This document shows positions 1 to 10,070 of a stretch of 64,000 bases of DNA, piece after piece. The first letter of the stretch is position 1; every line of letters begins with the position of its first letter. Origin of the DNA: an uncultured Chloroflexia bacterium. Its GTDB lineage: Bacteria; Chloroflexota; Limnocylindria; QHBO01. Position numbers and translations under genes: made by a program. The notes under the pieces were generated by a model. The model did not search any database, was not told the DNA's origin, and saw only the letters and a program-made list of their open reading frames with translations. The stretch covers positions 1,024,001 to 1,088,000 of the forward strand of contig CAWGTN010000002.1 in the NCBI GenBank assembly GCA_963825525.1, in the 5' to 3' direction.

Positions 1-835
1 GCTTGCGGCTGAACACCGGGAGGATCTCGCTTACCACGCCCATCGCCGGAAGGATGACGATGTAGACCTCGGGGTGGCCGAAGAACCAGAAGATGTGCTG
101 CCACAGGACCGGGTTGCCGCCGACGCTGGGATCGAAGAACGAGCCGCCGTAGTTGCGGTCGATGAACAGCGCGATGAGGCCCGCGGTCAGGACCGGGGTG
201 GCGAGCAGGATGAGGACCGCTGTCACGAGCACCGTCCATACGAAGATCGGCATCCGGAACAGGGTCATGCCCGGCGCGCGCATCTTGAAGATCGTGGCGA
301 TGAAGTTCACCGCGCCCAGGATCGAGGCGGTGCCGACCAGGGTCAGGCCGATGACCCACAGGTCCGTGCCGACACCGGGCGAGTACTGGTCACTCGTGAG
401 CGGCGAGTAGGCCGTCCAACCCTCGGCCGCCGCCCCACCGAACAGGTACCCGCTGAAGATGAGTCCGCCGCCGAGCGGCAGCAGCCAGAAGCTCAGGGCG
501 TTGATGCGCGGGAAGGCCATATCCGGAGCGCCGAGCTGGAGCGGAACGATGTAGTTTCCGAAGCCCGACAGCGCGGGGATGATGAACAGGAACAGCATGA
601 TCGTGCCGTGCATCGTGAACGCCTGGTTGTAGGTGTTCTGATCCAGGAACTGCATGCCAGGGACGGCGAGCTCGGTCCGGATGACGAGGGCAAGGATGCC
701 GGCCGCGAAGAAGAACAGGAAGCTGTTCAGGATGTACAGGATCCCGATCTTCTTGTGGTCGACGGTCGTCAGCCAGTCGATGACCCAGGAGCGTCGAATG
801 GAACCGGCGCGGGGGTCAAGAGTCGTGGTTGCCAT
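1..835 (-). CDS. ctaD: Cytochrome c oxidase subunit I (5' part; runs off the window edge)
   Basis: Manual translation from ATG at 835 gives MATTTLDPRAGSIRRSWVIDWLTTVDHKKIGILY, and FWFFGHPEVY lies near 60-92 (CuB/His-Tyr motif). Absent from the ORF track because it has no stop in the window. Confidence 0.96.
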   Translation of the reverse strand, partial: MATTTLDPRAGSIRRSWVIDWLTTVDHKKIGILYILNSFLFFFAAGILALVIRTELAVPGMQFLDQNTYNQAFTMHGTIMLFLFIIPALSGFGNYIVPLQLGAPDMAFPRINALSFWLLPLGGGLIFSGYLFGGAAAEGWTAYSPLTSDQYSPGVGTDLWVIGLTLVGTASILGAVNFIATIFKMRAPGMTLFRMPIFVWTVLVTAVLILLATPVLTAGLIALFIDRNYGGSFFDPSVGGNPVLWQHIFWFFGHPEVYIVILPAMGVVSEILPVFSRK

Positions 836-855
836 GGATCTGTGCTCGCGCTCCG

Positions 856-1917
856 CTATTCGGTGACCGTCACGTCGCCCACCATCGCCTGTGGGTGGAC
901 GTCGCAGATGAACCTGAAATCGCCGGCGGGTAGTGCGGGGACGTTGTACACGATCTCGCCCGCCGTGTTCAGGATCTCGCCGTTGAAGAGCGCCTCGCCG
1001 CCGTCATAGATCGCGACGTTGTGCGGGACGTCCTCCTGGTTCTCGAAGGCGATGCAGAACGCCGTGTCGGCCGGAACCTCGAACTCGCTGATGTCGAAGG
1101 CAATGTCATTGGCCTTGATCTCGATGGTCGTCGCGCAGTCTCCACCGCCGCCCGGTGGTGGCGGAGGCGGCGAGCCACTGGCCAGTGCGGCCATGTACGC
1201 GTCGTAGTCCGCCCGGGTCATGGCGTTGACCACGAACTTCATGTCCGCGTGGGAGGTCCCGCAGAACTCGGCGCACTGGCCGGCGTAGGTCCCGGCCTCG
1301 GTGATGGTGAACTCGAGCTCGTTGTCGCGTCCGTTGTTGCCCAGGTCGATGAGGTCGCGCTTGATGAGGAACTGCGGCACGTAGAAGGCGTGGTTGACGT
1401 CCACCGAGTTCAGCACCAGGCGCACCGGCTCGTTGATCGGCACCGCCAGCACGGGCGGCTCGCCGCCCCGCGGCCCGACCTTGGTGCCATCCTCGTAGAC
1501 GAACGTCCAGTTCCACTGGAAGCCGTCGACCTGGATCGTGACGCCGGGATTGTCGCTCCGGGCCTCGACGTCACCGAGAGTGCTCATGCTGAACCCGAAG
1601 AGAACGAGCACGATCACGGTCGGGATGATCGTCCAGATGATCTCGACCAGCGTGTTGCCGTGGTGCTGCTCGGGCAACGTCTCGTCGCCCGGCTGCCGCC
1701 GGTAGCGAACGATCGCGTAGATGATGAAGCCCTCGACGCCCACGAACACGATCCCGGCCAGTACGAGCACGATGACGTACAGGTTGAAGACCTCGCGCCC
1801 GGTCTCGGTCACCGGCTGCGGCGGGAGCATGCACCCGGCGAGCAGGGCGATCAGCAGGGAGGGGGCTGCGGTACGAATGATCGTCCGCAGCCGAGATCGG
1901 GCCACCGTTCGTTGCAT
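856..1917 (-). CDS. ctaC: Cytochrome c oxidase subunit II with an extra C-terminal cupredoxin domain
   Basis: Lipobox-like LLAGC, two TM helices (EIIWTIIP), CuA motif DVNHAF...CAEFCGTSHADM, Pro/Gly linker, then PHNV...CDVHPQAM. Start chosen at MQRTV. Confidence 0.93.
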   Translation of the reverse strand: MQRTVARSRLRTIIRTAAPSLLIALLAGCMLPPQPVTETGREVFNLYVIVLVLAGIVFVGVEGFIIYAIVRYRRQPGDETLPEQHHGNTLVEIIWTIIPTVIVLVLFGFSMSTLGDVEARSDNPGVTIQVDGFQWNWTFVYEDGTKVGPRGGEPPVLAVPINEPVRLVLNSVDVNHAFYVPQFLIKRDLIDLGNNGRDNELEFTITEAGTYAGQCAEFCGTSHADMKFVVNAMTRADYDAYMAALASGSPPPPPPGGGGDCATTIEIKANDIAFDISEFEVPADTAFCIAFENQEDVPHNVAIYDGGEALFNGEILNTAGEIVYNVPALPAGDFRFICDVHPQAMVGDVTVTE

Positions 1918-2064
1918 CAGATGGTCTCGAGGCTCCTGGTTCAACCGACACGTCGCTGGCGCGGAGGTTTTCAGGCACGCACGCTCAGGCGGGCTGACGG
2001 CGGCACGGAGCACATTGTAGCGAAGGCCGTGGCCGCGGTGCGACCCGCAACGACGGCCCGTGGG

Positions 2065-3030
2065 TCAGGCGGCTCCGTCCAGGTCAGGGCAGGCCGGATC
2101 CTCGTTCGGCAGCAGCGGCCGCGGCAGGACGACGAAGCGCCGATCGCCATCGTCCGTCCAGCGCGTCATCTGGTTCGAGGCGGCGAGCTCGGCCAGCCAC
2201 GCAGCGCCCAGCTCGCCATCCACGACGCCACAGCGCGTCCCGTTGCCGAAGAACGAGACCTCGTCGCCGAATGCCGCCGGATCGTCGTCGGTGGGCCACT
2301 CTCGAACCTGTTCCGGGAGATCGCCGCCCTCGACCTGGTCGCCGGTCGCGTCGCGGACGTAGAGGCGGAATGACTCAGGCTCATACGGCTGCCAGCCCTC
2401 GGCCTCCCACGAGCCGTCGGGCAGCCACGTGTCCAGGGTCATGAGTCCGTCATTCAGCAGCCCCAGGATCCGATGCGCCTCGAGCTCGCCCGAGGTGATG
2501 CCCGGCGCCGGCTCCATCCCGGGGATGAGAGCGCCAAGTCCGTAGATGCTGACGGTGACGTCCTGGCCGCCGGCATTGAGGATGAAGAGGGTGTCGGCCG
2601 CATCGGCCACCATGCTCTGCGCGCCGCGAAGGTCGAGGTCGCTGGTGAACAGGTTCGTCTCCTCGACCGATCTCAGGACCGCCTGGATGCCATCCTCGGT
2701 AAGCGTGCGCTCGATGAGCGCGGGATATGCCGGTCCCGGGAACTCGAGCGTCTGCGGCCCCTGCATGATCACGCGTCCGTCGCCGAGCAGCACGAACATC
2801 GGGAGCCGCGTGGCAAGGAACTCGACCGGCACGAACCCGCCGGCCGAGTCAAGGATCAGGATGGCTTCGCTCCCGCCCGGATGCTCGATCCCGCCGGTCC
2901 CGCCAGACCCACCGGTTGGGTCAGGGCCGGGAGACTCCCCGGTGGGAGACGGATCCGGCGAGCTGCCGGGTGCCGCACACGCCGAAATTGTCAGGAGCAC
3001 CACGAAAAGGCCGGGCATCGTTCGTTTCAT
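2065..3030 (-). CDS. Hypothetical lipoprotein
   Basis: MKRTMPGLFVVLLTISAC signal/lipobox, Pro/Ser/Gly linker, acidic globular domain. Confidence 0.75.
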   Translation of the reverse strand: MKRTMPGLFVVLLTISACAAPGSSPDPSPTGESPGPDPTGGSGGTGGIEHPGGSEAILILDSAGGFVPVEFLATRLPMFVLLGDGRVIMQGPQTLEFPGPAYPALIERTLTEDGIQAVLRSVEETNLFTSDLDLRGAQSMVADAADTLFILNAGGQDVTVSIYGLGALIPGMEPAPGITSGELEAHRILGLLNDGLMTLDTWLPDGSWEAEGWQPYEPESFRLYVRDATGDQVEGGDLPEQVREWPTDDDPAAFGDEVSFFGNGTRCGVVDGELGAAWLAELAASNQMTRWTDDGDRRFVVLPRPLLPNEDPACPDLDGAA

Positions 3031-3090
3031 GGCCGCTCTGACGCCGGCGGGGGCCGGGCGGTTCCAACGAATTGCGGCGAGAATGAGCCG

Positions 3091-4050
3091 ATGCGTCGCG
3101 CGCTCCCGTTTCCGGTCCTCGGTGTCCTGCTCGCCCTGCCCGGAGCGGCGCTGGCCCACGGGCTGGCGACGCCGGCGCCCACGCTGCCCGGCGTGCTGCT
3201 GGAATGGAGCTTCGACCCCCTCGCCGTCATCGCCCTGGTTGCTGCGGGGGCGGCCTACCGCTGGGCCACGGTCCGGGTTCGCCGGAGTCACCCTGGGAAT
3301 CCGCACCCTGCCCACCGATCGTGGCTGTTCGGGGCCGGCCTCCTGACCATCGGCCTTGCCCTCCTCTCACCCATCGAGGCGTACGAGGGCACGCTGTTCA
3401 GCGTGCACATGGTCCAGCACATGCTCCTCGAGCTGGTGGCGGCCCCACTGTTGCTGGCCGGGGCGCCGATCACGCTGACCCTGCGCGTCGCCAGCCCGGG
3501 CGTCCGGCGCCGGTTGCTGGCCGTGCTCCGGAGTCGCGCGGTGCACGTGATCTCGTTCCCGGTGGTCGCCTGGCTCCTGTTCGCCGCCGTGAACTGGGGC
3601 TGGCACTTCAGCTCGCTCTACAACGACGCGCTCGAGAACGTGGCGCTCCACTACGTCCAGCACGCCACCTTCCTGGGTGCCGCCCTGCTCTTCTGGTGGC
3701 CGGCCATCGGCGCCGATCCGTCACCCTGGCGGCTTCCCCACCCCGTCCGGCTGCTCTACCTCTTCCTTGCGATGCCGCAGAACTCGTTCCTCGGCGTCGC
3801 GCTCATGTCGGCCTCCACCGTGCTCTACCCGCATTACGTGACCAACGTCCGAGACTGGGGCATGACGCCGCTCGAGGACCAGGCATTGGGCGGCGTCCTC
3901 ATGTGGGTGGTCGGCGACCTGGCGTTCCTTGCGGCGATGATGCTGGTCGTCGTCGGGTGGATGCGGCACGAGGATCGGCGAACCGCACGGATGGACGCGC
4001 GCCTTGCCGCCGAGCGGAGGAGCGTGCCGGGCACTCGGTATACCGAGTAG
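3091..4050 (+). CDS. ctaG: Cytochrome c oxidase assembly factor, caa3-type CtaG family
   Basis: FSVHMVQHMLLELVAAPLL, WGWH, HYVQHATF and DQALGGVLMW motifs; located in the cox locus. Confidence 0.9.
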   Translation: MRRALPFPVLGVLLALPGAALAHGLATPAPTLPGVLLEWSFDPLAVIALVAAGAAYRWATVRVRRSHPGNPHPAHRSWLFGAGLLTIGLALLSPIEAYEGTLFSVHMVQHMLLELVAAPLLLAGAPITLTLRVASPGVRRRLLAVLRSRAVHVISFPVVAWLLFAAVNWGWHFSSLYNDALENVALHYVQHATFLGAALLFWWPAIGADPSPWRLPHPVRLLYLFLAMPQNSFLGVALMSASTVLYPHYVTNVRDWGMTPLEDQALGGVLMWVVGDLAFLAAMMLVVVGWMRHEDRRTARMDARLAAERRSVPGTRYTE

Positions 4051-4086
4051 AACTCGCGCGAGTGGGAAGCCCCGAGGCGGGGGCGC

Positions 4087-5919
4087 TCAGGCCAGCGGCA
4101 GACGCACCAGTGCATCGGCCGCGACCGCGGCGAACAGCAGGGTCAGGTACGTGATCGAGTAGCGGAACAGGCCGATGGCTGCCCGCCCGCTCCCGGCATC
4201 GGCGCGAAGCCGGAGCGCCTGCACCAGGAAGAGGCCACCGAGCACGACCGCCGCCACCAGGTAGACCCAGCCCATGCCGGCGGCCGGCAGCAGGAGCAGG
4301 CTGACGCCGATGAGCAGCACGGTGTACAGCACGATCTGGCGCGCCGTCTCGGCCTCCCCACGGACAACGGGCAGCATCGGGACATTCGCCGCGGCGTAGT
4401 CGCCGCGGTAGCGCAGCGCAAGCGCCCAGAAGTGCGGCGGTGTCCAGTAGAAGACGATGGCGAACAGCACGAACGCCGGCAATCCGACCTCGCCGGTCAC
4501 GGCGGCCCAGGCCACCAGCACCGGAACACAGCCCGCCGCACCGCCGATCACGATGTTCTGTGGAGTCGTCCGCTTCAGCCACATCGTGTAGACGAAGACG
4601 TAGAAGGCGGTGGCGCTCATCGCCAGCAGGGCGCTCAGCAGGTTGACGGTGAGCAGCAGGAAGACGAATGCCAGCACGCTCAGGCCGATGCCGAACCAGA
4701 GCGCGGCCGATGGATTCACGGCGTGCCGCGGCAAAGGCCGGTGCCGGGTCCGGCGCATGACGTCGTCGATATCGCGGTCCACGTACATGTTGATGGCGTT
4801 CGCTCCGCCGGCGGCCAGCGTCCCGCCGATCACCACGGCCGCCATCAGCCACAGCGAGGGGATGCCGCCCTGGGCGAGGACCATGGTCGGGACGGTCGTC
4901 ACCAGCAACAGCTCGATGATCCGCGGCTTGGTCAGGGCCACGTAGCTGCGGACGGTGTCCATCGGCCCTGATTGACGCTCGTCCTCGCGCGCGCCGTGCG
5001 GGGCCTCGGCCGGTCGCAGGCGTCGGGTCGAGAGCAGCAGCCAGACGGCGATCCCCCACATCGCGGCGCCGACCGCGAGGTGCGGGACCACGAAGACGGC
5101 CGAGAGCCGAGAGATGACGTTCAGTCCGCCCAGGGCAACCTGGACGACGATGAGTACCGCCAGCCAGCGGCTCAGGCTGCGCGGGCCGGGCGCGGCGGTC
5201 GCTGCCCAGACCGCAAGCGCCGTCCACGCCACGAGCGCCGCGACCACCACGCTGATCGCCCGATGCACGAGCTGAATTGCCTGGCGCGGGTCGCCGATCG
5301 CCGGTGCCAGCGAACCGTTCATGAGCGGGAAGTCGGAGAAGGCCAGCCCCGCGGCGTGGCCGGTGACCCAGGATCCGACGAGCATCTGGACGAAGATCGC
5401 GAGGGCGGTGACTGCCACGAGCCGCGTCAGCCCCGGTCGTGCATGGGCCCTCGGCATCGGTCCGTGGACCGCACGCTCGGCAATGAAGATCGTGGCCGCC
5501 AGGACGGTGAGGGCCATGGCGAGGTGCGCGGTGACGAGCTCGGCGGCGAGGCCCTGGAGCACGACGGCGGCGCCGAGCAGCGACTGTACGATGACCAGCA
5601 CCCCCGCCACGATGGCGGCGCCGAGGAGTGGACGATCTCGTCGGCGACGGGTGAAGACGGTGATGAGGCCGACCGCGCCGACCAATGGACCCACGAACAC
5701 CGCGGCCGTGAGTCGGTGCGAATGCTCGATCCAGGCGTTGAGGTCGGCCGGGGGCAGCCAGTCACCGAAGCACAGCGGCCAGTCGGGGCACCCGAGACCC
5801 GAGTCCGTGGCACGCACCAGCCCACCGACGGCGATCAGGACGAATGTTGCGGCAGCAGCCGCCACCGCCAATTTGGCGAATCGGGTCAATTCGGGTACCT
5901 CTCGCCGCTCGCGGGGCAT
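4087..5919 (-). CDS. ctaA-ctaB: Fused heme A synthase (CtaA/COX15) and heme O synthase (CtaB/COX10)
   Basis: N-half GLGCPDWPLC, EHSHRL, TAHL, VHR; C-half LTKPRII, NMYVDRDIDDVMRRTRHRPLP, YTMWLKR, WTPPHFWAL. Start may instead be TTG at 5889 after GAGG. Confidence 0.92.
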   Translation of the reverse strand: MPRERREVPELTRFAKLAVAAAAATFVLIAVGGLVRATDSGLGCPDWPLCFGDWLPPADLNAWIEHSHRLTAAVFVGPLVGAVGLITVFTRRRRDRPLLGAAIVAGVLVIVQSLLGAAVVLQGLAAELVTAHLAMALTVLAATIFIAERAVHGPMPRAHARPGLTRLVAVTALAIFVQMLVGSWVTGHAAGLAFSDFPLMNGSLAPAIGDPRQAIQLVHRAISVVVAALVAWTALAVWAATAAPGPRSLSRWLAVLIVVQVALGGLNVISRLSAVFVVPHLAVGAAMWGIAVWLLLSTRRLRPAEAPHGAREDERQSGPMDTVRSYVALTKPRIIELLLVTTVPTMVLAQGGIPSLWLMAAVVIGGTLAAGGANAINMYVDRDIDDVMRRTRHRPLPRHAVNPSAALWFGIGLSVLAFVFLLLTVNLLSALLAMSATAFYVFVYTMWLKRTTPQNIVIGGAAGCVPVLVAWAAVTGEVGLPAFVLFAIVFYWTPPHFWALALRYRGDYAAANVPMLPVVRGEAETARQIVLYTVLLIGVSLLLLPAAGMGWVYLVAAVVLGGLFLVQALRLRADAGSGRAAIGLFRYSITYLTLLFAAVAADALVRLPLA

Positions 5920-6008
5920 CGCCGAGCGGGCGACGCCATGATAGCCGCCGCGGTCGGGGGTCACCATCGGCGCGGCGTGGCGCGATGCAGGACCGCTACG
6001 ATGCCGCC

Positions 6009-7260
6009 ATGAGTGACGCGCGCGTGGTCCAGGTCAACGTCTCGGGCGGTGGCGTCCCGAAGCTTCCGGTCGCCGTCGGCCCGGGTGACGACATACGGCG
6101 TCGAGGGCGATCGGCAACAGGCCGACACGGTGCACGGCGGGCCGCATCGTGCCGTCACGGTGCTCGGGATCGAGGCCATCGAGCGATTGCGCGCGGAGGG
6201 CCACCCGATCGCTCCGGGGACCACGGGCGAGAATCTCACGACCTCGGGCTTCGACGTCTCGATGCTGCCGGTCGGCACCCGCCTGATGGTCGGTGCCGAG
6301 CTGGTCCTCGAGGTCTCGCAGCCGGCGAGCCCGTGCCGCACCATCCGGAATTCGTTCATCGGCGGCCGATTCGGGCGACTCTCGATCAAGACGAACCCGG
6401 GGGACAGCCGGATGTACGCGCGCGTGCTACGAGAGGGGACGGTGCAGCCAGGCGATCCCATCCGGATCGAGCGGCAGGCGCCCGGCCAGGCGACGTCCGC
6501 CGCCGCATTCGGGTTGGCCGATCGGCTCGACCAGGCTGAGCGGGAAGCGTCCGTGATCTTCTGGCAGTCCGCCATCGCTGCCGGCATCGACGTGGATCTG
6601 CTCGACGACGGCGAGATCGCAGTGGCCGCGACGCCGTCCCTTCCGGGCGCCATCTTCAACCAGGCGCTCGGGTTCGCCCATCTCCCGAACCTCGTTGATC
6701 GCGCGCGAGATCACTTCAGGCGGCGAGGGGTGGATGGCTGGCTGCTGGCCGATGATCCACCCTGGGACAACGCGCGAGCCGAGGCGACGCTGGCCCGCTA
6801 TGTCCTCACCTCCCCACTCGAGGCCCCAACGCCGGGCGGACTCACGATCCGCGAGCTCGCTCGTCGTGAGATCGGCCCTTGGGCCAACGTGATCGCGGAG
6901 GCGTCCGAGCTGCCGAGCGACGTCGCCGACGCGTGGCGCCGGCTCGAGAGCCACATCGCGGCGGCTGCCCACCATCATCGATTCGTGGCGGAGGTGGACG
7001 GGGTGGCTGTCGGCGCCGGCAGCCTCCACATCCACCATCAGCTTGGCTGGCTGCGCGCCGGATCGGTACTTCCCTCGCACCGCGGGCAGGGCGTGCAACG
7101 CGCGCTGATCGCCGGTCGGGCGGACCACGCGCGCCGGCTCGGCGCGGACGCCATCGGCGCATCGGCAGTCGAGGGCGGCGCATCGGCCGCCAACCTCGAG
7201 CGGCTCGGATTCGAGCGGATCGGGACCCGGCGCAGCTACATGGTGCCGGCGGGCGCCTGA
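6009..7260 (+). CDS. MOSC-domain protein fused to a C-terminal GNAT acetyltransferase (frameshift near 6075)
   Basis: MSDARVVQVNVSGGGVPKLPV in one frame continues as GVEGDRQ..HGGPHRAV..GENLT..PCRTI in another. C-terminus has the GNAT motif VLPSHRGQGVQRALI. Confidence 0.8.
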
Positions 7261-8060
7261 CGCACGCGCCGGTCGGCGGCGCGAGCCCGAGGGGCATGGC
7301 GCAGCACGGACGGAAGCAGCGGCAGCCCGCGCCGACTCACCGCCGCCAGGCGTTCCACGCCGCGCTCGCGCGCCTGCGACCATCGGATCCCGTACCCGCG
7401 GCGCAGCTCGGGTGGAAGTGTGGCCAGCGAGACGAGGTGCGCCACGTCATAGAGGCGACCGGGAACCACCGGGAACGGACGCAGGATCGTGCGCGCGATG
7501 GCGCGCGCCTCCGGCGTCACCCTGACCGTGCCGTCCGCCATTCGATCAGCCATCCAGGCTCGCAGACCAACGATCGTCGGCGGCAGCAGCTCCGCCGGGA
7601 CCCCGAGGAGGAGCGCAACGCGCCCGCTCTCCTCGTGATACGCCTGCTCGTCGGCGGCGCTGAGCCGCCCGACGAATCGATCGTGGACGCGGAGCGCGGT
7701 ATCGACCAGCGTGGCGTGGACCCAGAGCAGCGCATCGGGATCGGTGGCGCGGTAGGGCCGCCCGTCGGACATCTCGCCGCGCACCGCCCGGTGAATGGCA
7801 TTCACGCGGCGAATGGCGGCCTCGGCGGTCGAGCGGCTGCCGAACACGACGTCGAAGCTGCTCTCCAGCGTGCGCGTCAGCCGGCGGACCGGGTCGGACG
7901 CATATGAGGAATGCTCCGTCACCCCCGCCGCGACGACCGGGTGCGCGGCCTGCATCAGCAGTGCGCACGAGCCTCCGGCCAGCACGACGAGCTCACGGTC
8001 GATCCGCCACGAGGCCGAACCCGGGCCGAACAACCCGATCGCCTCGTCCAGCGCGCTCAT
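7236..8060 (-). CDS. MpaB/DUF2236 family oxygenase-like protein
   Basis: FGPGSASWRI, ALLMQAAHPVVAAGV, VNAIHRAVRG, YRATDPDALLWVHATL; ATGA overlap with the rhomboid gene. Confidence 0.85.
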   Translation of the reverse strand: MSALDEAIGLFGPGSASWRIDRELVVLAGGSCALLMQAAHPVVAAGVTEHSSYASDPVRRLTRTLESSFDVVFGSRSTAEAAIRRVNAIHRAVRGEMSDGRPYRATDPDALLWVHATLVDTALRVHDRFVGRLSAADEQAYHEESGRVALLLGVPAELLPPTIVGLRAWMADRMADGTVRVTPEARAIARTILRPFPVVPGRLYDVAHLVSLATLPPELRRGYGIRWSQARERGVERLAAVSRRGLPLLPSVLRHAPRARAADRRVRQAPAGTM

Positions 8061-8809
8061 CCGATGGCGGCATTGCGGGGCCGGCGCGGGTCGCGGAACA
8101 CGGTCCGGAACACCAATCCGGCCAGCACTCCGGCCGCAAATCCGCCGATATGGGCCATGTACGCGACCCCGCCGGCTGTCTCCTCGGTGACGGCGAACGC
8201 GCCGATCCCGTTGACGAACTGGAAGACGGCCCACAGCCCGATGGCCACCAGCGCCGGTACGCGCATCGGGAACCGCAGGAAGAGGACCGTGACGCGGTTG
8301 GTCGGGAACATGACCAGGTACGCACCCAGCACCCCGGAGATCGCGCCGGACGCACCCAGGGTCGGGATCACGGACCCGGGATCCACCAGGATCTGCGCGA
8401 AGCTGGCCACGATCCCGGCGACGAGGTAGAAGCCGATGAACAGCACGTGGCCGATGCGATGCTCGACGTTGTCGCCGAAGATCCAGAGGAACAGCATGTT
8501 GCCGGCGATGTGGAGCCAGCCCCCGTGCATGAACAGGCTCGTCAGGAGGGTGAGGAAGATCGGGGACGGGCCCGGCTCCTGCGGAATCTCGAGTGATTGG
8601 CCACCGACCGTGATCTCCTCCGGGCCGACGAGATCGACGCCATTGGTGATCTCGTAGGGCACGGCGCTGTAGCCGTACGTGAAGTCCTCGCCGCTCGCCC
8701 CACCGGCTCCCTGCAGAAGAAGGAAGACGGCCACGTTGAGCGCGATGAAAGCCAGGCTCACGACGGCCGGGCCGTGGCCGCGCTCGTTCTCGTCGCCGAT
8801 GGGGAACAT
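8057..8809 (-). CDS. Rhomboid family intramembrane serine protease
   Basis: FMHGGWLHIAGNMLFLWIFGDNVE, GASGAISG, AHIGGF. Confidence 0.93.
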   Translation of the reverse strand: MFPIGDENERGHGPAVVSLAFIALNVAVFLLLQGAGGASGEDFTYGYSAVPYEITNGVDLVGPEEITVGGQSLEIPQEPGPSPIFLTLLTSLFMHGGWLHIAGNMLFLWIFGDNVEHRIGHVLFIGFYLVAGIVASFAQILVDPGSVIPTLGASGAISGVLGAYLVMFPTNRVTVLFLRFPMRVPALVAIGLWAVFQFVNGIGAFAVTEETAGGVAYMAHIGGFAAGVLAGLVFRTVFRDPRRPRNAAIG

Positions 8810-8848
8810 CGCGGGATTCTAGAGCACGTCTCGCGCCATAATCGCGCG

Positions 8849-10066
8849 GTGCCCATTGACGTCAGACCCTACGACGGGACCGCCCGTGACTTCCTCGCCG
8901 CGGCTGAAACTGCCTTCGGTGAGCACCTGCGTGACGAGGACGCCGCCGTCTTCGAGCCGATCTTCGAGCCTGACCGAGCCATCGGAACGTGGGACGGCGA
9001 GCGACTGGTCGGTACCGCTGCCGCATTCAGCTTCGAGATGACGGTCCCCGGCGGGGTGCTGCCGACCGCCGGCATCACGATGGTCGGGGTGCAACCGACG
9101 CATCGACGGCGCGGAGCGCTGCGGCAGATGATGCGGATGCAGCTCGACGACATCCATGATCGCGGCGAGGCGCTCGCCATCCTGTGGGCCAGCGAGGGGA
9201 GCATCTACCAACGGTTCGGATATGGGATGTCGACCATGGCGGCACGAGTGGAGGTGGCGCGCGAGCGCTCCGCCTTCGGACGGCCGCATGCGCCGTCTGG
9301 CGAGATCCGATTCGTGGACGTGGACGAGGCACGGCGGCTGTTCCCTCCGATCTACGACGCGGTCCGTCCCGGACGACCCGGCTTCTTCGTTCGGACGCCC
9401 GCGTTCTGGGACGAGACACTCCACGATCCGGAGCATTGGCGTCGCGGGGCGGGAGCGGCGTTCCACGTCGTGCACGAGGTGAATGGCGTGGCCGATGGAT
9501 ACGCGCGTTACCGCATCAACCACAAGTGGGACGACGACGGTCCGAACTCTTCCCTCATCGTCAGCGAGCTGATGGCAACCAACTCGGCCGCTCACCTCGA
9601 CCTGTGGCGGTTCCTCCTCGACGTCGACCTCATCGGCAAGATCGAAGCGTGGAACATCGCACCCGACGATTCGCTGTTCCTCTCCGTCCTCGAGCCGCGC
9701 AGGCTGGAACTGGGATTCGGCGACGGCATCTGGCTGCGGGTGGTGGACGTGGGGGCGGCGCTGGCGGGGCGGCGGTACGGAACCGACGGACGCCTGGTCA
9801 TCGACGTCGTGGATCCGTTCTGCTCGTGGAACGAGGGCCGCTGGTCGCTCCTTGTCGAAGGAGGCGTGCCACGCGTGGAGCGCACGGACGACGCGCCCGA
9901 TCTGGCGGCTGAGATCAATGACCTGGGCGCTGCATACCTTGGCGGATTCTCGTTCCGTGCGCTCACCGACGCGATGCGCGTGACGGAGGCGGCACCTGGC
10001 GGAGTCGCGCGCGCCGATCTCCTGTTCCGCACGGAACGACCACCGTGGTGCCCGCGAGTCTTCTGA
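8849..10066 (+). CDS. Eis-family GNAT acetyltransferase
   Basis: VGVQPTHRRRGALR, LWASEGSIYQRFGYG, C-terminal SCP2-like region ending PWCPRVF. Confidence 0.9.
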   Translation: MPIDVRPYDGTARDFLAAAETAFGEHLRDEDAAVFEPIFEPDRAIGTWDGERLVGTAAAFSFEMTVPGGVLPTAGITMVGVQPTHRRRGALRQMMRMQLDDIHDRGEALAILWASEGSIYQRFGYGMSTMAARVEVARERSAFGRPHAPSGEIRFVDVDEARRLFPPIYDAVRPGRPGFFVRTPAFWDETLHDPEHWRRGAGAAFHVVHEVNGVADGYARYRINHKWDDDGPNSSLIVSELMATNSAAHLDLWRFLLDVDLIGKIEAWNIAPDDSLFLSVLEPRRLELGFGDGIWLRVVDVGAALAGRRYGTDGRLVIDVVDPFCSWNEGRWSLLVEGGVPRVERTDDAPDLAAEINDLGAAYLGGFSFRALTDAMRVTEAAPGGVARADLLFRTERPPWCPRVF

Positions 10067-10070
10067 CCGA

